Origin: Octopus sinensis
Lineage: Eukaryota
Assembly: GCF_006345805.1 (NCBI RefSeq)
Contig: NC_042997.1
Coordinates: 66,526,001 to 66,590,000 of the forward strand
Direction: 5' to 3'
Length of the DNA stretch: 64,000 bases
Position numbers and translations under genes: made by a program. A model generated the notes under the pieces. The model made no database searches, had not been told where the DNA came from, and was given only the letters and a program-made list of their open reading frames with translations. Shown here one piece after another: positions 13,551-26,742 of this stretch (its first letter is position 1; every line of letters begins with the position of its first letter).

Positions 13551-15000
13551 ACAGGTTTCTTTTAGTTTCCATCTACCAAATCCACTCACAAAGCTTTGGT
13601 TGGCCTAAGGCTATAGTCGAAGACACTTGCCCAAAGTGCCATGCATTGGGACTGAACCCAGAACCATGTAGTTGGAAAGTAAGCTTCTTACTACACAGCC
13701 ACGCCTGCTTGATTTTCAAAACAATTTCCATGTTTGAGGCCATAGGACACACTTAAGAACTCCAAGACATGATTACGCTCTTTCATTACTTCAAATTGAA
13801 GAGTTTAGAGATCTTGTGTTACAGATTTCATTTGTGCTGAATAGATTATAATTTCATGAAGACACACATGAAAAGTTGCTGTACATAAAACAGATTCCAA
13901 CTGATGAGCTTTTTGACTTAATGCTTAACCTGAAGCTGTAATGACCTGTCTGTATGATTGATCAAAAATCTTTTCAAAGTCAATGAAAAAGTCTAATACT
14001 TTTATAATTTGCAGTCCATTGTGTTTCACACATTCATGGCACACTTCGAATAAGATATTGTTTTCTTTGAACTCTCATTAAAAAAATTAATTACTAATTT
14101 GACTGTGCCAATAGAATTCTTTCTCTTAGAAAATGTATTAAGGTCATTCATGAAATATATTTTATGTGCATCACAGTGAACCAATGCAGCCTTTAGGTAT
14201 TTACTCCTTATTTTAGCTGACACTCCATCTTCCTTTCCTACCATTACAAAAGTAACCTTAGCTAAGTCGTTTCTCTTGATTTGACTCAAATTATATAGAC
14301 TGATTAATGTTTGCATTGGCAATAGAGACAGCATTGAATTCAATTAGTATTGTAAATAACTGATTAATTCTATCAACAAATCATACACCAACTAACAATT
14401 CTTCTTCTCTGATACCTCACTACTTTCATGAGCAATTATTGAAAACCTAAGTGAAACATTCTCCATAAAAACAAAATCTTCCCATATAATTTCTTCACTC
14501 AATTTGATCAGTTCCTTCCCTCACAGAAGCTTCTAATTGTGATTTTTCCCAGCAAAGCAATGTCAATAAAATTCTTGATTATACAGAAAATAATCACTTT
14601 TGATTTTCAGTTACCAGTCATAACACTGTCAAGCTGATACTTAATGCTTTTCTCTAATTTGATTCTGGTTAGTCATGATGTTTGCTGCGTCAAAGTAAGC
14701 ATCTCTGTGAAGTTTGCTTAGTATACTATTCTTTGCTCAGTCATGGAATTCATTATATTTTTGTAAAAAGGTGTTGATAAAGGTAACTTGTGACTAAAGA
14801 TTAATAGAAGACTGAAAACTTGTGCAATATTTACAGAATGCTCCTTTTAAGTGAGAAGAATAACTAAGAATATTTACTCAACCCCACAAGATGGAAACTG
14901 CATAGCCACTTTTTGAACCCTTTTAAATCCATAATTTGTAAGAGATGCTAGAAGATTGCACTTTACACTCTCTATTATTTTTTAGTAATTAACATACAAT
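12370..15000 (-). pseudogene. Decayed hAT-type transposase (ZMYM1-like), interrupted by later insertions at about 12830-13760
   Basis: N-terminal YSSHLKGAFCKYC (about 14850), core GVSAKI...VHCDAH (ORF 14026-14343), dimerisation domain FFSTMRRVKTWLRPTM (ORF 12413-12820). Confidence 0.75.
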
Positions 15001-18000
15001 ACAATATTACTGCCAACAAAAAACTAGAACATATATATTGATTACAATTAGGTGTTAAATCTGGCATGAGCTGGTACATTATGGTTCTTCAGATTCATTT
15101 TCCACCTTGTTCCTAGATTCATTATTTAAATTTTCCTTTTCATCCAATCTTCATTTTCTTCATAAATTTTTTCTGGAAAAAAAAATAGTTATTTATAAAT
15201 AAAACCTGATTAATCAGCAAACATGTGTAAAATCACAGCAATATAAAAATAAAAAAGTTGATAAAAATCACAGCATTAACCGTTTAGCATTCTGATTTCT
15301 TTGTCAGGACACTGAACCTTTCAGGCGAAATGACAAAGGACCAAAATGCCTAGTGCCTTGTTGTACTCAAGAGGGCCTGTACTCCACAACAGAAGTGTTA
15401 AGACTAGTTCCCCTAGTGGTGGGGATTGACCTGCAAGAGTCCTATGCCAGTGACATGTTAAAAGCACTTGTGTTAGTGCCATATAAAAGAACCCATGTGG
15501 TGTCAAGTAAAAGCACCACGTAAAAGTGCCCATGTGGTGCCACATAAAAGTGCCCATGTGGTGCCACATAAAAGTGTCCATGTGGTGCCACATAAAAGCA
15601 CCTGTGTGGTGCCATGTAAAAGTACCCAGCACACTCTGTAAAGCGGTTGGTGTTAGCAAGGGCAACCAGCTGTAGAAACCATGCCAAATCAGACCAGAGT
15701 CTGGTGCAGCTCTCCAGCTTGCCAACTCTAGTTAAACCATCCAACCCATGCCAGCATGGACAGCAGACGTTAAATGATGATGTTTTGAATTTGTAGCGGA
15801 CTCTCTCTCTCTCTTATATATACATGAATATGGATGTAGTAGATAACTGCTATCCTTTAGCCGCTTGAACCTTGTTGTTTCCACTACTCTGATTGGTTGG
15901 TATTGGCGCAGTTTGTCTCTTGCTCTGTTATGCGCCAATGTGCAACCCAACCAATCACAACCTTCTGATAAGGTCACATAAGACAGTCTTTTCTAAACCT
16001 CAGTTGCACTGATAGAATGGTATAAAAAAGCTAGTTTCAACACTGTATTTCATCTCTTTTGGTTCTAAACCTTCTAAGGTCTAACCACTGACCACAGAGC
16101 ACACAGCCAGTTCCAGTGACAACACCAGCAGCCATATGGAGAAACATCAACACTCTACTAACAGCATATGGCTATCTCCTTCTCCATCGCCATTATCTTA
16201 ACGTTGTCAACAACATCACTTTACGTACGCAGCAACTTGCTAGGTTCTATCTCCTCACTGTTTGTGAATTACTTCACCATGGTTAACAGCAAGTACAACC
16301 TGCGAGAACTTCCTGTATCAAGTGACCGGCAACAGCATTGTAGCCACAACTTCTTACACAATATGTGCTTCAACCAGCTCTGCTATTTTGCCTCAACTTC
16401 TTGTTACAGCATTTCAACTATTGTGTACTTTACTACGAACTGGTATTTATCTTCCTTGTGTCTGAACATTCTTCTAGAGTCCTATTATAGACTCTTTCAA
16501 TGCTCTGTATTTTATGCACACACACACATTATGCATACATGACAGCCTGTCTATTGTTATTATTATTATATATGTACTTATGATGCACACACTGACACAC
16601 ATATTAACCTATTAATAAAATCTTTCTCTTAAACATCCTATCAGTTGTGTCTCTCTTTTCCTTTTGGCACTTATACTCATTTATTCTTTTCGTAATTATT
16701 GTAAGCGACCGTGCGATGTATTAAAGGAGCCATCCATCATCACCTCCCCTTTGCACAGTCATTCTTACAAATTAATAATACATTATCCTGTAGCTTCAAG
16801 ATTTCAATGGTGTGTTTGTATATTTTTAGAATGACATTGTAGGATAGGTATGAGAAGTTGGATCTGGTCAGATTTAACATATTTGGGCTGGATAAATGCT
16901 AAAAGTCTAATACATTAGTGTCATTATCACTTAAAATCACAGCAGTGTAAAAATATCAGCTTGATATAAAATCATGGTATTAGAACAATGATAAGATATG
17001 AGAGTCTCAGTCCTATCAGTTCATGTATTTTGCCTCATCCTCAACTGTCATTGCAGTGACTTCTTGATCGTGGCCTCTTAAGCTAGAGTGACATTCGCTT
17101 ATGTCAGGAAATTTTCCTTAATACTAAATCAAGCAAGGTAATGAGGTTCCTGACACTTCTTAGAGTCTTATTTGTAAGGTTGCAATTTCCATATTCTCTC
17201 GTTCTTTGTAAGAAGATTTAATCTAGTCGTAGATTGTGGATGGACAACTGAATCATTTTCCCCCGTCCACTCATTGGTAAAAGCCTTTAGAAACATATGA
17301 GAACACTTCCCACACTGTAATAATAGTGAAGACCATTTAATTTCTATTTTCCTGACATTAATTAACTTCATTCTATTGTTTTACTAATGTCATGTGTGTT
17401 TAATAGTATTATTCATTAGTACAGTATAGAAAAGTGGACATTAAACTAATGATGATTTGGAATTCCAAAATGCAAAACAAATTTTCTTATTGATTTCTGT
17501 GTTTTGAAACATGGAAGCAAAATAGGAAAAAAAATTTCACAGAAGTAGCTGTGTGGTAAGAAGATTACTTCCAACCATATGGTTTTGGGGCAAGTGTCTT
17601 CTACTGTAGCTTCATCAGATCAACCAAAGCCTTGTGAGTAGATTTGGCAGACAGAAACTGAAAGAAGCCTGTTGTGTGTGTGTGGGGGGGGGGTGTCAGT
17701 GTTTGTCCCCCATCACTACTTGACAACCAGTGCTGTGTGTTTATGTCTCCATAACTTAACAGTTCAGTAAAAGGGACTAATAGAATAAGTACCAGGCTTT
17801 AAAAAAAAATAAGTACTGGGATCAATACATTCAACTAAAACTCCTTCAAGGCAATGCCCCAGCATGGCCACAGTCTGATAACTGAAACAAGTAAAAGATA
17901 AAAGATAAAAAATAATGAAATTCCTTCTGTAAAGCAATTGGTGCCAGTATATACATTGACTTTAAAAGGCAGTAGAAACCCTACCTATGCTCAAAAAGCA

Positions 18001-19345
18001 GTCATGTGCTGTATTATATTCTGAATTACATGCATTAAGTCAACTGTTTTATAATGAACTGGAAATCATATATGTTTCCATCATCTTCATCTTCAGATGA
18101 AAGTCATCCACTTAAAGTAGAGGGAAGTTATGGAAGTGGGATCCAGAAAGACATAGGACAAAGCATTGAAGGCTGATCTCAAAACATTGTGCCTTATAAA
18201 GGAGATGACGAAGGACTGAGATGTGTGGTGCATTGCTGTACCCAAGAAGACCTTCCCAACACAAAATTGAGATTCTAAAACTAAGGTGTCACAAAAAATG
18301 CATTGGTGTGGGTGCTGGTGCCACATAAAAAGCATTCAGTACAGTCTGTAAATTGACTGGCATTAGGAATGGCATCCAGCTGTAAAAACCAAACCAAAAC
18401 AGACTATGGAACCTGGTGCAGCCCCTAGTTTTTGCCAGTTCCTGTCAAGCCATCCAACCTATGCCATCATGGAAGACAGATGTTAAAAGTTGATAATGAT
18501 TATGGTGATGATGATTTTCCATACTTTCATGATTCAGATAGAATTCATTGAGTCGGATGCCCTTTATATTGCTGACCCTCACCTGTTTTCAAGTGTAAGC
18601 TAATAGTTACCCTTACTACTAGTCATATTATTGTTTCTTTCAGCAGAGTTATTTAGTTTTGGGGAACCAGCTAAAAATATTTAAGAGGAAGCAGTAAGTT
18701 GACTACATCACCCCGGTGCCTGACTGGTACTTATTTTATTGACTCTGAAAAGAAGAAAGGCAAAATCAATCTCGGCAGAATTTGAACTCAGAACATCATG
18801 ATGGATGAAATGCCACTAAGTATTTTGCCCAGCATGCTAATGGTTCTGTCAGCTCACCATATTATTAATAATAATCCTTTATACTATAGGCACAAGGCCT
18901 GAAATTGTGGGGAGGGGCTAGTAATTATATCGACCTCAGTACTCAACTGGTACTTTTTTCATCGACCCTGAAAAGATGAAAGGTAAAGTTGACCTCGGCA
19001 GAATTCAAACTCAGAACATAAGGACGGATGAAATACCACTAAGTATTTCACCCGGTGTGGTAACTATTCTACCAACTCACCACCTTAATATATATATGTA
19101 GTAACAAAGGGTGTAAGTCAGCACCAGCATTGCTAGAAATAAGAGTAAGAACAACTCTTAGCCACGGGCAAAGCACTATCTATTGAATGACAAGGGAGAC
19201 AAATTCCCTACAGCAAGCGAGGGAGGTTGGTTCCCTACAGCAACCTTCCTACAGCAACCTCCTGCAGCAAGCAAATCAACCACTGATTCCTATATTATTT
19301 TCTATAAACTGACAAGACAGTTAGCTTAGCCCTGAGTAATAGAGT

Positions 19346-19397
19346 AGTGTCACTGATGAAGATTAATTCTATCTGAAATCATCGACGATCTGACGCT
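19346..19397 (+). ncRNA. Type I hammerhead ribozyme with intact catalytic core
   Basis: AGTGTCA-CTGATGA-AGAT(TAATTCT)ATCT-GAAA-TC(ATCGAC)GA-TC^TGACGCT: stem I 7 bp (one G.U), stem II 4 bp, stem III 3 bp, AUC cleavage triplet. Confidence 0.8.
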
Positions 19398-19905
19398 CTC
19401 AGTTGTAGTCACACTATCGCATCACAAAATCTCGTCTCTTGAGATTTATTCTTGTCACCTTCTTGTCATATTAACATGTTAATCATTTTCACCTCTAAGA
19501 TATCCCCATTATTGTTGTTATTGTAATCATTGAGCTACCAAGAAAGCCTATATAGAATTCAGTGAAGGCACATGGCTCAGTGGTTAGAATGTGGGGTTTA
19601 CAATCATGAGCTAGTGAGTTTGATTCTTGGACCGGGATGTGTGTTGTGTTCTTGAGCAAGACGCTTTATTTCATGTTGTTCCAGTTCACTCAGCTGTAGA
19701 AATGAGTTGCAACATCACTGGTGCCAAGACTTTCCCTTGGATAACAATGGTGATCTGGAGAGGGAAGGCTGGTATGTATGGGTGACTGCTGGTCTTCCAT
19801 AACAACCTTGCCCAAACTTGCACTTTGGAAGGTAACTTTATAAGTGCAATCCCATGGTTGTTTATGACCAAAGGGGGTCTTTACACTTTACCCTATAGAA
19901 TTCAT

Positions 19906-20789
19906 GGATCTTTACCTTTTGACCTACAGATTTAAAAAATAATTTTTTGTAACTAAACACTTTCAAACTTTGGACACTGGTAGAATGTGTCATATAAAAC
20001 ATATTTTACTCTTTGCATTTTTGAGAAAAAACTTATATTTATGAAGATATTTCACCTTAAAGTTCTCATATTTTGGTAATTTCAACCAATCAATGACGTG
20101 CATTCAGCTGAATAAAATTACTGCTGTTGTTTGTCAGCAACAACTATTGGCTGTGTATTTTTCACTTCTTACTGTTTTTTATGACATTGTTTGTGCATTT
20201 GTACTGGTTTTAAGGTTTTAGGCTTAGAGTTTTAGGGTTAGGGATTTAGGGTTAGGGTTAGGGTTTTAGGGTTAGGGTTAGGGTTAGGGTTTGAGGGTTA
20301 GGAATTTAGGGTTAGGGTTAGGGCTTTAGGGTTTAAGGGTTAGGGATTTAGGGTTAGGGTTAGGGTTTTAGGGCTAGGTTTTAGGGTTAGGGTTTTATGG
20401 TTAGGGTTAGGGTTAGGGTTTTAGGGTTAGGTTTTAGGGTTAGGGTTTTAGGTTTAGGGTTAGGGTTAGGGTTAAGGTTTTAGGGTTAGGATTTTAAGGT
20501 TAGGGTTATCATAAATAACAGTGACAAATGAAATATACACCGCCAGAAGTTCTTGTTGACAAACAACAGCAGTAACTTTATTCAGCTGAATACACATCAT
20601 TGATTGGTTGAAATTACCAAAATATGAGAACTTTAAGGTGAAATATCTTCGTAAATATAAGTTTATCTAAAAAATGCTAAGAGTAAAACATGTTTTAATA
20701 TGACACATTCTACCAGTGTCCGAAGTTTGAAAGTGTTTAGTTACAAAAAATTATTTTTTAAAAATCTGTTGGTTAAAAGGTAAAGATCC
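19906..20789. mobile_element. Non-autonomous foldback DNA transposon (884 bp), about 280-bp TIRs beginning GGATCT, 8-bp TSD GAATTCAT, central TTAGGG array
   Basis: GAATTCAT at 19898-19905 and 20790-20797. Arms 19906-~20185 and ~20507-20789 are reverse complements with scattered mismatches. Confidence 0.9.
20208..20508 (+). repeat. Interstitial telomeric-type array of TTAGGG mixed with TTTTAGGG/GATTTAGGG variants
   Basis: Read directly from the sequence. Confidence 0.95.
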
Positions 20790-21429
20790 GAATTCATCTG
20801 TCTGCTAAAAATAGTAGCCAAATCAATCTCAAGTCACAAATTACTGTTTGAGAAAAACACAAGAAAAGAACCTCATTAACTAATCCAATCCTAGGTGCAC
20901 TGCACCTAAAATAAATATGCAATAGTCACTTGTGAAGCTGACATGGGGCTAACAACAACAACAACAACAGTAACAGCAACAAATTCTTTTCTCACTTTTT
21001 TTTTTTGCCTCAGTGCCATACAATATACAAAGAACATCACAAATTAGATGTTAGAAATATTTATTTGCTATTGTAAGTCAACTCATTTCTATTGTGATTT
21101 ATTCCTTCTTTGTTGGCAATTCTGTTAAAAGTTCAATTCCCCCGTCTAACACATAATTTGTTCAACGTTGATAAGCAAACACCTCATTTGAGAATTCAAC
21201 TATACAGCATGATTTATATGTGTGTGTGTGTATGTATGTATGTATGTATGTATGTAAGTATGTAAGTATGTATGTATGTATGTATGTATGTATGTACCAA
21301 ATAAGAAGATAAAAAAAGACTTTACATCTTTAACGATAAGTTACAATTGTTTCTGTACCAATTCTACTTTCAACAGCAATTCACACAAAAGTTACATGGA
21401 GAAATCTTGAGAGTACTGCCTGATTGGCA

Positions 21430-21853
21430 CTTGTGCCACTAGAACATTAAAAGCACCATCCAAGCGTGATCGTTGCCAGCGGCACATAAAAAGCACAATT
21501 CAAGCATGATCATTGCCAACATTGCCTTACTGGCACATGTGCCAGTGGGATGAGAAAAACAACATTCAAGCATGATTGTTGCCAGTGCTGCCGAACTGGC
21601 TCCCATGCAAGTGGCATATAAAAAACACCTTTTGAGCATGGTCGTTGCCAGTACCACCTGACTGGCACATAAAAGCACCCACTACACACTTTGAGTGGTT
21701 TGGCATTAGGAAGGGCATCCAGCTGTAGAAACTCTGCCAGATCAGATTGGAGCCTTGTGCAGCCTTCTGGCTCGCCAGTCCTCAGTCAAACTGTCTAACC
21801 CATGCTAGTATGGAAAGCAGATGTTAAACGATATTAATGATGATGATGATGAT
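21430..21853 (+). mobile_element. RTE-type 3' end element. Other copies at about 1735-1981(-), 7540-8200(-), 12970-13160(-), 15480-15781(+), 18300-18510(+), 25415-25655(+), 45960-46105(-), 47019-47199(+), 47985-48102(-), 49320-49485(+), 50160-50398(+), 52220-52410(-)
   Basis: Shared core ttaggaagggcatccagctgtagaaac...ccaacccatgc...cgttaaa(tga)n. Confidence 0.8.
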
Positions 21854-21859
21854 ATTATT

Positions 21860-21923
<64 letters not shown>

Positions 21924-22559
21924 GGAGAATAATAAATAAAAAAAAATCCTCGGTACAGTATTTATATACTTGAATAAATGAATAGAAATGGCTTTTCTGA
22001 TAATTAGATGTTTATAAGTTCACAAGTTTACAAATTTACAAGTAAAATTATAAGCATCTAATTATTAAAGTGGAAAAATGATCAGAGAAGCCATATCTAT
22101 TCATTTCCCAAATATTTATACATACATACATATATATGTGTATCTTACATTATATTACTGCTTATTGCAAAGATAAAATGCTGTTGTATGCTTATGATGA
22201 TAAAACTGTGCACACTGACACACACAATCACATACATGTAGAGACATATTCATATCCATACACACACAGAGTGTGTGTATATATCTATCTATCTGTCTAA
22301 CAATATATAAATATATATGCATCAACTAAATTGTTTCTCCATTTTCTTATTTGTATTATAAATTAATGGTAAAATATTTCTTTACCTTCACCCATTTAAT
22401 ACAATAAATAAGTTAATTGCATTGCAATTGAAAACATTTGTGTATTAAGAATTTGGGTATTATACCAACAGTATATTGGATAAATATTATCCCTTAGTGG
22501 GTTGGATCCATAACCCCTAACTTACTTGGTGTTATATATATATGGTCCAATCCATGCAA

Positions 22560-22561
22560 GC

Positions 22562-22592
<31 letters not shown>

Positions 22593-22626
22593 TGTATGTA
22601 TGTATGTATGTATGTATGTATGTTTA

Positions 22627-22657
<31 letters not shown>

Positions 22658-22663
22658 CATACA

Positions 22664-22695
<32 letters not shown>

Positions 22696-22715
22696 CATAT
22701 GTGTGTGTGTGTGCA
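22560..22715. repeat. Compound microsatellite (TATG)n(GATA)n(CATA)n(TG)n. Representative of many tracts, e.g. 13500-13546, 21215-21296, 27160-27215, 30650-30878, 42790-42885, 59490-59535
   Basis: Read directly from the sequence. Confidence 0.95.
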
Positions 22716-23392
22716 AGTAAGTATGTATATAGCAGACTTCTGCACAATATCCATCTATTAAACTTTACCCACAAGGCATTGGTCAGAGTCCAAGGCCGTA
22801 ACAGGAGACAATTGCCATGCAATTGTAAGCAAACTCCTTACTCATACAACCATATACATAAATATGTACGTGTCAATATACCGGGTATCACGAGTATTGA
22901 CCAGACTACCAGATGTTGTTATACATTGCTGGTCATTATGCACTTTGCATTGTTTCAGCTTTTGAGTGATGCCACCCTACTGTCTAAGCAAGTAGAGTGG
23001 CCAATATTCCCACTGATCAGAAGGCTTTTCCCTCAGAGGATACTTGCATACATACATATATTTACTATATAGATATATATATGTGGTGGTGGTGGGTTTA
23101 TGTGCATGTATGCATACATACATACATACATGCATACACATACATTTCTAATGTGTGTGTGTATATATGTGTGTACAGTTATAAAAGACAGCAATATCTC
23201 TAAACTTTTTATCTGTTCCTCAACTGAATGTTAATCATTCCAAAAGATATTGGTTTTATATAGTTCATTGTTTCTCTAAGAGTACATTTGTTCTGCAGCT
23301 CATGACCATATAGTACAGCTTTCATGTATTCTCCAAATCACACACACGCAAACACACATCACAATCATCATCATTATCATCATCGTTGTCAT

Positions 23393-23427
<35 letters not shown>

Positions 23428-23887
23428 ACATTGTTATTTCAATGTCCATCCAGTATTCCATGCTTGCATGGGTCAGACAGAATTCATCAAGGCAGATTAT
23501 TTATGGCTGGATGCTTTTCCTGTCACTAACCTTCACCTGTTTTCAAGTTGGGTAATATATCCCTTTGGCTGGACACTTTTTCATGGAAAACTGAAAATGA
23601 ATGCCATTGCTTGCTAACAATTACCATATGACATCAAGACAATGATACACACACATGCACGCATATGCACACCCATCATCACCACACATACACACATGTA
23701 TATGAACAGATGCAGGCATGCTTGTATTGTTATGAAAGTTGCTTCCCAACTACAAGGTTTGGGATTCTGTCTCACTGCTTGACACCTTGAGCAAGTGTCT
23801 TCTACTATAGCTCGGGGCAGTCCAAAGTCTTGTGAATGGACTAGATTGATGGAAACAGAGGAGCCCATTGCATGTGTGTCTGTATGT

Positions 23888-23919
<32 letters not shown>

Positions 23920-24365
23920 ATTTGTGCCACCTTGTCTTGGTATTGTATATTGTAAATAAGTGTCACTGTAATATAAGCAATCTTATTTGTTCCCAATCTT
24001 CCATGAAAACATGTTTTCTTGTGGGTAAATATTACCTTGGAAATAAGTAAAGACTAGCACCAGGAAGGGTTTCTAGCTATTGAAAATCTGTCTTAACAAA
24101 TTCTGTCTACCCCATGCAAGCACAGAAAGTGGACATTAATATTTTGATGATGATCAAATGATGGGTTTCTTTCACTTTGTCTCTACTGAATCCTCTCCCA
24201 AGGCTTTGGTTGGCCTGGGGCTGCAGTGGAAGGCACTCATCCAGGGTAACACGCATTAGAACTGAACTCAAAACCAAGTATCTGGGATGATATATAAATA
24301 TTGACTACTTCTCTTCCTTCAAAAATACTGGCCTTGTGTCTAAAATAGAAACACTTATTACATTT

Positions 24366-24568
24366 TGAGGGGGTGCTAAAATGTTCCTGGAAAATACAGA
24401 AGGATCAGTTAAATTATGATTTCATTCAACATGTTTTCCTCTCAGATTCACACACTTATTGCAGCAGTCCTTTAGTTTCTCTAAGCCCTGTAAAAGAACT
24501 TGGAAGGCTGGGCCCCCAACCAGACCTTTCGCGATAACATTAAAGCCAGGAACTTTTCAGTACCCTCA
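24366..24568 (-). mobile_element. Internally deleted mariner element
   Basis: TIRs gagggggtgctaaaatgttcctgg / ccaggaacttttcagtaccctc. The minus strand encodes a mariner C-terminus, QGLEKLKDCCNKCVNLRGKHVE*. Confidence 0.75.
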
Positions 24569-26578
24569 CATACATACACATAGACACATATACATGCACA
24601 TGCATACATCTAGGAGATGGTGAAACACAGAAAGACAGAAACAGATTCTGTAAATCAAATTTAAGTCTATTTGAATGAGGATTAAAAACTCCTGTTATTT
24701 AGAATTTATTTCTCAAAATCAAAAGATAAAAAACACAGAAGGGTACACAAGAGTCATGACCTGGATGTGGCCTGGCCTCTTCAGAGTGTAAGATGTTAAG
24801 GGCCAAAACACTTGTCTGAGTGGAGTGCTTCTTCTCTGAAGACCTTCTGCTGTTCTGCTCTCTTACCACTGATTGACAAAATAACACCCAAACTATGCTC
24901 CCTCTGATGTCTATCAATAATCTTGAATGAGACCTACACTGGAAATTGGTACTGATCTGTCTTAAGAAACAACCGAGTGACCTCTCTGGGTTGAATCTTT
25001 AGAAAGATTTGGAGCTGCACAAACACCAGAATCACCTTGAAAGGACTGTAGTTAAACTCTCAGTAATGAGGCCCTAGGTACATGCAACCACTGCTTTTTC
25101 CATACCTTCAAATTTTACCACAAATCTAAATACAACCTAAATAACCACACAGCACATATCCCAAACACCACTTAGGTAATCCTCAACAACCCTATTTGAC
25201 TTTTCATTAATTTTTTTTACTGTCCAATCTTATTTTAATTGTTTAAGACTACAGATATGGGCATGCATATGCATACGCATGCAGATGTATGTGCATATGT
25301 ATATGTGTGTTTGTGTGTGCATGCATATACGCGTGTATATGTGTGCAGGTATGCGTGTATATGTGCATACATGTATGCATATATGCATGTAGTTATGGGT
25401 ATGCATGCGAGGCACGTAAAAACGCCATTTTATTGTGGCCGTTGCCATTACTGCCTGACTGGCCCTCGTGCTAGTGGCATGTAAAAGCACCCACTACACT
25501 CTCGGAGTGGTTGGCATTCGGAAGGGCTCTAGCTGTAGAAACTCTGCCAGAACAGATTGGAGCCTGGTGCATCCTCCTGGCTTGCCAGTCCTCAGTCAAA
25601 CCGTCCAACCCATGCCAGCATGGAAAGCAGACGTTAAATGATGATGATAATGATGATATGTGTATGTATATGTATGTTTGTATATGTATGTGTATGCATA
25701 CATGCATATGTGTGTATATGTATGTGTATGTGTGTGTACATGTATATATATGCATGCATGCATATGGGTTTAAATACACAAGTACACAGGCCTATATAAT
25801 AATGCATACACACACATATATATGTACATGTGTGTGTGTATATCAATATACACTTCTTTCTTTCTTTCTCTCTGATTCCTCTACCCACACTGTTACATTA
25901 GCCAGTAGAATAAACACAGGTCTATTTGTAGAAACTTGACCATTCTTAGTATTTTTCCATTTTGTGGTTTACTACTCACTATAGAAAACCCCATTCCTAT
26001 ACCTTTTTCTGCACCCATCCCTTACTGGCATTCTAACATATCACCCCACCTCACACATATTCATCACTTACATTCTTATCTCTTCCTACCCTCCCCTACT
26101 CCTCTCCAATTCCCTAATAATATCTTGACCACTAACACTCCTTTCTTCACTTTCTTACACATGTTTTCATTTTCTCTTCCTCTTTCTTTCCTTCTTCTTT
26201 TCCCACATTTTCCTTTGACCTCTCCTTTGTAACATGCACATCTCTTCTCCCCTCTCTATCCATTTAATACTACCACTACATTCCCAAATTTTCATTCACA
26301 CCACAAAACCCCTATGAATGAACAGCACATGGAATCTATGTCTCCACACTCTCCATTTGTAATGACAATTTACATACCACGAACAAGAAGCATTTCTACC
26401 ACTTCTACACACCACTTTCCTTGGATAAAGGAACAGCTACTATAACATCTTTATACATTTTTATTTTTATTTCTACATTCATTCTCCTATTTCCCTATAT
26501 ACTCCTCATTTTCTTCCTTTTCCAAAATAACTCCTTATATTGAACTCTAGTATCTCCCTCTATTTACCATCTCACATC

Positions 26579-26626
26579 ATCTCTGATGAAGAGATATCCC
26601 TAATATCACAGAAACAGCTGTAAGAT
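26579..26626 (+). ncRNA. Minimal type I hammerhead motif with palindromic stem III (Penelope-type)
   Basis: ATCT-CTGATGA-AGA-GATAT(CCCTA)ATATC-ACA-GAAACAGCTGTA^AGAT. ACAGCTGT is self-complementary. Confidence 0.65.
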
Positions 26627-26693
26627 TAACTTTCTCTTTATAAATGTCCTGAAAATTCCACACAGCCTTGACTTTGCTGTTTTATTTTATTTA

Positions 26694-26742
<49 letters not shown>

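Noticed and set aside
15520-15625. About five ~20-bp direct repeats (gtgccacataaaagtgcccatgtg) superficially like a CRISPR array
   Set aside because: Contiguous tandem units without unique spacers, inside an RTE-type tail in eukaryotic DNA; no cas genes.
16168-16542. 124-aa non-repetitive ORF
   Set aside because: No recognisable domain or convincing splice context; lies in an LTR-like block.
17057-17137. Exon-like segment with good acceptor (cattgcag) and donor (AAG|gtaatg) on the plus strand
   Set aside because: Stops in all three frames and no partner exons identified; at most a lncRNA exon.
20208-20508. TTAGGG array as a real chromosome end or fusion scar
   Set aside because: Single orientation, degenerate, and enclosed by TIRs with an intact 8-bp TSD.
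22494-22822. Many ORFs rich in IY, HT, CV or YVCM repeats (also 4606-4995, 25230-25939, 27006-27651, 30491-30941, 61774-62005)
   Set aside because: They are translations of (TA)n, (CA)n and (TATG)n microsatellites, not genes.
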